A stretch of 64,000 nt of DNA from contig JAUNQF010000004.1 in assembly GCA_030536315.1 (NCBI GenBank), positions 14,244-78,243 of the forward strand. Direction: 5' to 3'. The notes under the pieces are model-generated. The model saw only the letters and a program-made list of their open reading frames with translations, searched no databases and was not told the origin of the DNA. This document shows, piece after piece, positions 58,434 to 64,000 of this stretch; positions within the stretch are counted from its first letter, which is position 1; each line of letters opens with the position of its first letter. The translations under genes and the position numbers were made by a program. The stretch is from Coriobacteriia bacterium. Lineage in GTDB: Bacteria > Actinomycetota > Coriobacteriia > Coriobacteriales > Eggerthellaceae.

Positions 58434-58509
58434 GGACCGGTAGCTCAGCTGGCAGAGCAGCGGACTCTTAATCCGAAGGTCCGGGGTTCGAAACCCCGCC
58501 GGTCCACCA
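58434..58509 (+). tRNA. tRNA-Lys (anticodon CUU), CCA encoded; island insertion site
   Basis: GGACCGGTAGCTCAGCTGGCAGAGCAGCGGA-CTCTTAA-TCCGA...GGTTCGAAACC...CCA. Confidence 0.9.
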
Positions 58510-58791
58510 CTAAAAAACCTGCTACAACTCCATTTTTTGCACATTAAAAATTATAAAAATTGTTATAGTGTGTAATAAAATGTAAGATGAATTTTTTTTG
58601 AGGATTTTTTAATCCTATAATTTGTATTTATTGGTAATTTGATATTTCTATATATACATATATACAGAATCATCATTAATAAAATAAAATAGAGGATTAA
58701 CATAAAATTGATTTATACAATTGGCTTTTCATTTGCATAAAAGACTCTAGCCTTTTTTGCTCAAGTAGCACTTTTTTTTCAAGCAGCATAA

Positions 58792-59403
58792 AAAAGACTA
58801 TACAACAAAGAGGAGCTAAAAGAAGTCTTATTAAAAATAAAAGATACAGAGTGAGCCCTTCCTGTACTACTAGAATGCGTTTGTGGGTTAAGACATGAGG
58901 AGTTCTGTGGATTAAATAAAAGAGATGTTATGTTTGAAAATAATTGTGCGTATGTTGAAATTACTCAAGCACTCACTGAAGTTGATGGGCGTAAAGTACT
59001 AAAAGAACCAAAAACAGAAACAAGTGCGCGTACAGTAGTCCTTACAGAAGACTTTTTAGATTATTTAATTGAACAATATCCGCGAATAAGAAATAAACGC
59101 ACATTAGATGAGTATGCCTATCCTATTAGCCTAACAAAACGCTGAAGAACATATTGCAGAAACAACGAATTGCCTTATGTCACATTTGGAAATATGAGAT
59201 CAGTATATGCAACACTATGCTCTGAAGCTGGATGTTTAGATAGTCTTGTCTGTAAAACAATGGGTCATACTGGTCAAACAATTAAAGAAAGAAATTATCA
59301 ATCTTCAACATTGAAAGCTCTAAAAGTTAATGCTGAAATACTTGCAGAGTATATTGGTTTTAAATACAACTCCCCTAATGTTATATCTTTAAATGAAATC
59401 TAA
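58792..59403 (+). pseudogene. Tyrosine recombinase (phage-type integrase) remnant, catalytic domain only
   Basis: The frame is open only from the TAA at 58789: ...EELKEVLLKIKDTE-W-ALPVLLECVCGLRHEEFCGL...RSVYATL...MGHTGQTIKERNYQ (R...R...H...Y). Two in-frame TGA at 58852 and 59143. There is no N-terminal core-binding domain and no start codon before 58930. The upstream 280 nt are AT-rich with stops in every frame. Confidence 0.6.
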
Positions 59404-59472
59404 TTAAATCAATTAACTCAAAGAAAAAATTATAACTAAACAAACCAGTATCAAATTTACTCATGCCGAAAA

Positions 59473-60657
59473 TCAAGAACTTCTACATATAGAAATAATA
59501 AATCGCTGATTATTATTTAATCCATATGTAAGCCAAACTCTCCTTGTTGACAAAACGCCAATAAAAATACTTATTGTAATAAATACAATACAAAGAAAAT
59601 ATATAATAAAATCTTCACCGTTAGAAAATTTGGTTGTTAAGGCAGCCTTGTTAATAAATAAAATCACATTAAAAATAACAGAAGTTAAAATAGACGAAAA
59701 AATTCCGGCAAGTTTAATTAATATATTTTTTCAATTCTTTTTTTTCGAATTATCTGAACTATTATTAGTGGAATTATTGGCATCATAGATTCCTTTATAA
59801 ACATTTTCTCTGTCAAGATTAATATGATGATCTAATAAAAACGCCTCATAAGCTAAAAAAGCACCATAATCAGATTGTTTTCGGGAAAGAGCTTCTTTGG
59901 CGATTTCTGCAATAAATCCATCTGAATCTTGATATATACCAGCAAGTCGCAATGCGTTTTTTACATACTCTGGAGCTCTTGGATTATCGGCAAAAACTCT
60001 TGTTCCGTGAGTTTTTTTATAAACAGATTGAAACGTTGATTCGTTAAAAACTTTAGGTTTAATATAGCTACTATAATGATATGCAACTCAAGCAAGAATA
60101 AGTGAAATTGGAGGGCATACTGGACATATAATTGATGTAAATAATCCCAGCAAAGAAGAAAGCGTAAACGCCATGCCGTCTTTAATAGTTGATAAAGGTA
60201 AACAGCCAATAATATAGCCAATAGAAATTCCACCTATAAGTGAAAATAACAAAGTCCCGTAAGTGCAAGACCAAAATTGACTATTAACAAAAAGGTCTGA
60301 TGATAGATTGGATGAAAAAGCCAACAGTATTAACAAAACAGCTCCGACAATAGAAAATATTGTTGACCATTTTGTACATGTCTTAACTCTATTATGCTTT
60401 TCTATTCTAATTTGATTAATGTAGCGTCTATACTCATTATTATAACTAATTTGTTTTTCAACTTCTTCTATATGAGCTTGCGGAATAGCAGCTTTCAACA
60501 AAGCAGAAGCAACTATAAAAGTCCCAAGTTCAGAATCTTCTGCAGTTCTAATTCTCGATTTCAGTACAGGAACCCAGGTTTCATATTCATTGGAAATAAC
60601 ACAATAACTTAATGCTCTTTCTTTTCAATTTTCTATATTAATTAAACTTAAGTCCAT
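59473..60657 (-). CDS. Hypothetical multi-pass membrane protein (394 aa), last gene of the kinase operon
   Basis: ATG at 60657, 9 nt after the kinase TAA. One frame through TGA at 60625, 60088 and 59731. A soluble N-terminus of about 95 aa, then hydrophobic segments (WSTIFSIVGAVLLILLAF, TLLFSLIGGISIGYIIG, FTLSSLLGLFTSIICPV...), a soluble loop of about 130 aa, and 2-3 C-terminal TM helices. Confidence 0.6.
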
Positions 60658-60666
60658 AACAACCTT

Positions 60667-62397
60667 TTATTGTTCATACGCCTTAATAAATAGTTCAGGA
60701 AGAGCATCCTTGAATGCCTTGTCAGCAATTTTTTGTTTCTCTTTTGGAACAAGTTTTTTTACATTCTCACTCTGAAGATATCAAGTCTTTAATTGAACAC
60801 CAACACTACCAGCTAATTTATCTTCCTTATAACTCCCATACAGAATTAAGCCATCACATTTAACTAGACCATACAACCATTGCTTTGCATCCTCATCACC
60901 GTTATATGCTTTAGTAATTTGTTCTTGAATTGTGTTTTGATCTAATCTATAAGAAGCATATATCGGATTATTTTCTTTATCAATCATAAGCTGAAATTCC
61001 AATAGTTTCTTTTCTGGTGATTTATTACTATTTAACAATTCTATAGCTGGAGCTGCATCGTGAAAATTAGATAAAAATTCTTTAATGTCTCCAGCAACTC
61101 TACCAATCAATCCCTTTTTTGCCTCATCCCAATTTTCTCCAAAAGACCAGGCAAGGTGCAAAGGTGTTGCAATTAAATCCTCTTCTCAAGGAGCAAAAAA
61201 ACAATCTTCAGGAGAAAAGCCTGCTACTCCTCCCTTAGCGACAACCCAGTATATATCGGGATTTTCCCCACGCAATCACTTTTCTATTTCTTCAAAGCCT
61301 CAACGATGTTCCTTTTCGTAAGTAACCAATCCTTTAATTAAATTTCTTCATCGTTCAGCAGGGATATTATCTTCGTTAACATTTTTGTAATACAATCCAC
61401 GATCACAATTTCTTTGAGCCTGTATATCTGTTGGTTTAGGATTTCTTTTATCGCCCAATAATTTACGATTGGTAAATAGTTCAAAAATAATAGCACCTAA
61501 AGCAAACCAATCTGATTTTGCAGTAATATGATACTCGTATACTTCAGGCGCAGTATACGTTTTTGTTCCAGCAAAATGTTTTGTACGCGAAGTGATATCT
61601 TGTTTATCCCGAGCTATACCAAAATCCGTTAAAACAAGATCCAGTGGTTCAATCGAACGAATAAGTATGTTTGAAGGTTTGATATCTCGATGAGCGATAG
61701 TACCTTTTACTTGATGTATATTATGGATTGCCTTGCTTACCTCAACCAGAAAATCTTTAATAAATTTTTCTTCATACGGACCCTTATTATTATTCGCTCA
61801 TTCTCCTCAAGAAATTGAACCTAGGGGACAATACTCATGAATTTCTCAAGCTCTCTCTCGTTTATTCCCCACACTAAAATCAATAATTTCAACAACATCA
61901 TTCCTGCTGCACTTGTTCTGTATTAAGCTCAATACACTACCATCAGGCTGAATACCTTTGTGATACAATTTGAAAAAATAATTCCTTCCTGTATCGCGTC
62001 GCCTTATAATAAATACATCAGATTCACCACCAGGGTACTCAAGCTCTTCAACAATTTCATAATCACGATTTAAACTAGCAGGCAGATTATCGTAATGCTG
62101 AAAAGGTCTTCAGGCTCTACGAGGGTTATCGTTTTCAATCACGGTAGAAGGATTTTCATTATAAGTTGAATCGTTATAATCGTTATTCTCATCATCTTCC
62201 ACAAATGTTATCTCATTATCTTCGCGAAGTGTATTATTAGTCTCTCTTTCTGTTAAAGACGCATTTCCTGAAACTGAATTCGATTGATTTTCCTCAGATT
62301 CTCTAAATGTTCCATCTTCTCGTAAAGTAAATTGTTCTTCTTGCTCACGAACTGTATTATCAAAATTAGCATTTTCTCTTTCTGTTCTACCGCTCAT
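60667..62397 (-). CDS. Hanks-type Ser/Thr protein kinase (576 aa): TxRE-repeat N-terminal tail and an unknown soluble C-terminal domain
   Basis: One frame with 9 TGA (62110, 61846, 61807, 61798, 61348, 61300, 61276, 61186, 60781), which is why the track shows almost nothing between 61162 and 62109. Motifs GGESDVF, FFKLY, HRDIKPSNIL, DFGIA, TYTAPE and ...HRWGFEEIEKWLRG. AGAGGA RBS. TAA at 60667. Confidence 0.85.
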
Positions 62398-62409
62398 TTT
62401 AAATCCTCT

Positions 62410-63153
62410 CTAAAGACGTTCAACCTTTATTAAAATTGCAGAACAATTATCCGAAGCATTATTTTCGACACACAACTTCATTAAGTGTTCTATAGCTTCA
62501 TTAACGTTAGAAAAGTTTGCAATAGTATCACATATCAAATCTTCACCTAATGTTCCTCATACACCATCTGAGCATAATAGAAATTTTTCATATTCATATA
62601 AATTATCAGAAAACCAATGTATGTCTAAATCTTCTTCTCTAAAACCCAATGATTGAGTTATTCCTCCGTTTCCGTTTTTCAAGCGATCATCAATAGACAA
62701 TTGAGTGATAAATTCATCATTGTCATCATAACGATATATTCTGCAATCACCAATATTAGCAATGATAAATTTTTCTCTATTTAAAGTAATCATAGAAAAA
62801 GCAGCGCCCATTTTTGGAGTATCTCAAGCTATTCCAGCTTTTAAAATTTTATTAGACAAATCTTCAAAATATAGTTTATCTGCATCTTCATATTCATTAC
62901 TAAGATTATATTTAGAAATCGAAGAAGAGGCTATACATGCCGCATCAGAGCCTCCATCATACCCTCCCATACCGTCAATTACAGCATAGGAAACAGGTAT
63001 ATTAGCATCGTTTACTGTATCATATAATAAAAATGACCTTTGAGTACATTTACCATTTATAACGATTGCATCCTGGTTTTCTGATCGATTCGGTCCGCAT
63101 ATTGTCATGCCTGCTACTTTTATGCTGCTGCTTGTATTATCGTTTTCCACCAT
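62410..63153 (-). CDS. PP2C-family Ser/Thr phosphatase (247 aa)
   Basis: NQDAIV, VIDGMGGYDGGSDAA, IIANIGDCRIYR and LLCSDGV-W-G. TGA at 62824 and 62557. AAGGAG RBS. TAG at 62410. Confidence 0.85.
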
Positions 63154-63164
63154 GAAAGCTCTCC

Positions 63165-63785
63165 TTAGATTCTAACTTCTAACTTAACACGCATACTTGG
63201 CTTATGTCCTAATCAAATATTTATCGGCAATGGGTATGTTTGCCCATTTATTACTTTTGTTTCTCCATCACCAATATAAGTTCCATTAGTTGAGCCATTG
63301 TCATTAATCGTAATAGAACAACTAGAATAATCTATTCTAATATAGCAATGCTCACGAGAAACATTATTACGTTCACCTAAAGCATTTTTAATTTCTGACA
63401 CATCACTTTCCCTGCCAATTAAATAATCTTTTCCGCTTTCTAACCTTAAATCTAATCCATTTGGTAAAACTAAAAACGCTGCATCTATTGAAACATTTTG
63501 AGAAGAAGTACACAACGATTCATTGGGTATTATTTTTCCGCACTGAATGCATTCCTCACCAGGTTGCCCAGGGGCACCACAATTTGTACACCGAGCTTCT
63601 GATGTGCTTAATTCCGAATAGTCACTAGAAGAATCCTCGCAGCAAGAATCCTCTAAAACCTGTTCTTCTTCTATATTTTCTTCAATATTTTCTTCTTTTA
63701 CAGGTTTAAAAGTATTGCAACAATGACTGCAATAATAATTTTCATCAAGAGCTCTTTCGCACTGTGGACAAATTAATTCTGCCAT
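63165..63785 (-). CDS. Double zinc-ribbon plus FHA-domain protein
   Basis: CPQC...CSHC and CTNC...CIQC, then an FHA core YLIGRESDV...VSREHCYIRID...ITINDNGSTNGTYIGD. Reads through TGA at 63213 for 15 more codons to TAA at 63165, just before the PP2C RBS. Confidence 0.85.
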
Positions 63786-64000
63786 GTTTTTCCTCCTAAT
63801 ACAATTCCTTTACTCCTTAACTTTTTATCAATGATATCAAGATCTCCAGAATTTGGCATTCCAGCAAAAGTAATACCTGAAGAATCTAGCTTAAACTGTA
63901 TTGGTACATCATTTTTTGCTAAATACTCATCATAAATATCTTCAAATTGTTTGTCTATTATCACAAGCTCTTGATTATCACTAGAAACCAAACAATTAGT
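63773..64000 (-). CDS. Unknown protein, 3' end only (5' part outside the window); first visible gene of the operon
   Basis: The frame is open to the window edge (...TNCLVSSDNQELVIIDKQFEDIYDEYLAKNDVPIQFKLDSSGITFAGMPNSGDLDIIDKK...TWQN-TAA). Its end overlaps the FHA gene ATG by 13 nt. Confidence 0.5.
   Translation of the reverse strand, partial: TNCLVSSDNQELVIIDKQFEDIYDEYLAKNDVPIQFKLDSSGITFAGMPNSGDLDIIDKKLRSKGIVLGGKTWQN

Noticed and set aside
1-64000. The split ORFs could mean massive pseudogenisation or sequencing errors.
   Set aside because: All interruptions are the same codon (TGA). Frames are always preserved, essential genes (rpoB, alaS, polA, dxs) are affected, and the TGAs sit on conserved Trp or aromatic columns.
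1-64000. TGA = Gly (code 25, SR1/Gracilibacteria type) or selenocysteine.
   Set aside because: TGA aligns with invariant Trp in NusB, AlaRS, Pol I and mutarotase, not with Gly. About 70 sites in housekeeping and structural proteins, with no Cys or redox context, argue against Sec.

Overview
This 64-kb window is a chromosomal segment from a low-GC bacterium. Local gene order is Firmicutes-like (rsmE-mtaB, nusB-xseB-dxs, alaS-ruvX, yqeG-like, comFC, DUF948).

The main result is that TGA is a sense codon here. The standard-code ORF track splits most conserved genes, and every split I traced is an in-frame TGA (hand count 71 in 33 genes). Several of these fall on invariant Trp positions, and every gene end I traced is TAA or TAG. 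All CDS coordinates below therefore join track ORFs across TGA.

Contents in order:
- mtaB, rsmE, an amino-acid-binding lipoprotein, rpsT with a long charged tail, glgA, aroK, aroC, a HAD phosphatase, mltG and comFC.
- tRNA-Ala, dxs, xseB and nusB.
- queA, bracketed by two 127-nt inverted repeat copies.
- rpoC, which carries an extra alpha-CTD-like C-terminal domain, and rpoB.
- A divergent purine operon, purE-C-F-M-N-(Tat-lipoprotein mutarotase)-IMP cyclohydrolase-AICARFT-purD-purL.
- A 1418-aa FG-GAP-like surface protein.
- A fructosamine (frl-like) permease/kinase/deglycase module.
- guaB, a coiled-coil/DPBB wall hydrolase, a P-type ATPase, polA, ruvX, alaS, an AI-2E transporter and a DUF948 protein.
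- tRNA-Leu, tRNA-His, glyA and tRNA-Lys.

Immediately 3' of tRNA-Lys lies a visibly AT-richer island. It has a degenerate tyrosine-recombinase remnant and a tightly coupled operon running off the window: unknown gene - zinc-ribbon/FHA - PP2C phosphatase - cytoplasmic Ser/Thr kinase - multi-pass membrane protein. The kinase is almost invisible in the ORF track because it contains 9 TGA codons. This cassette is the best candidate here for an undescribed accessory (possibly defence) system.

All translations and alignments were done by hand. Starts and self-derived coordinates may be off by a few nt, and no database search was possible.
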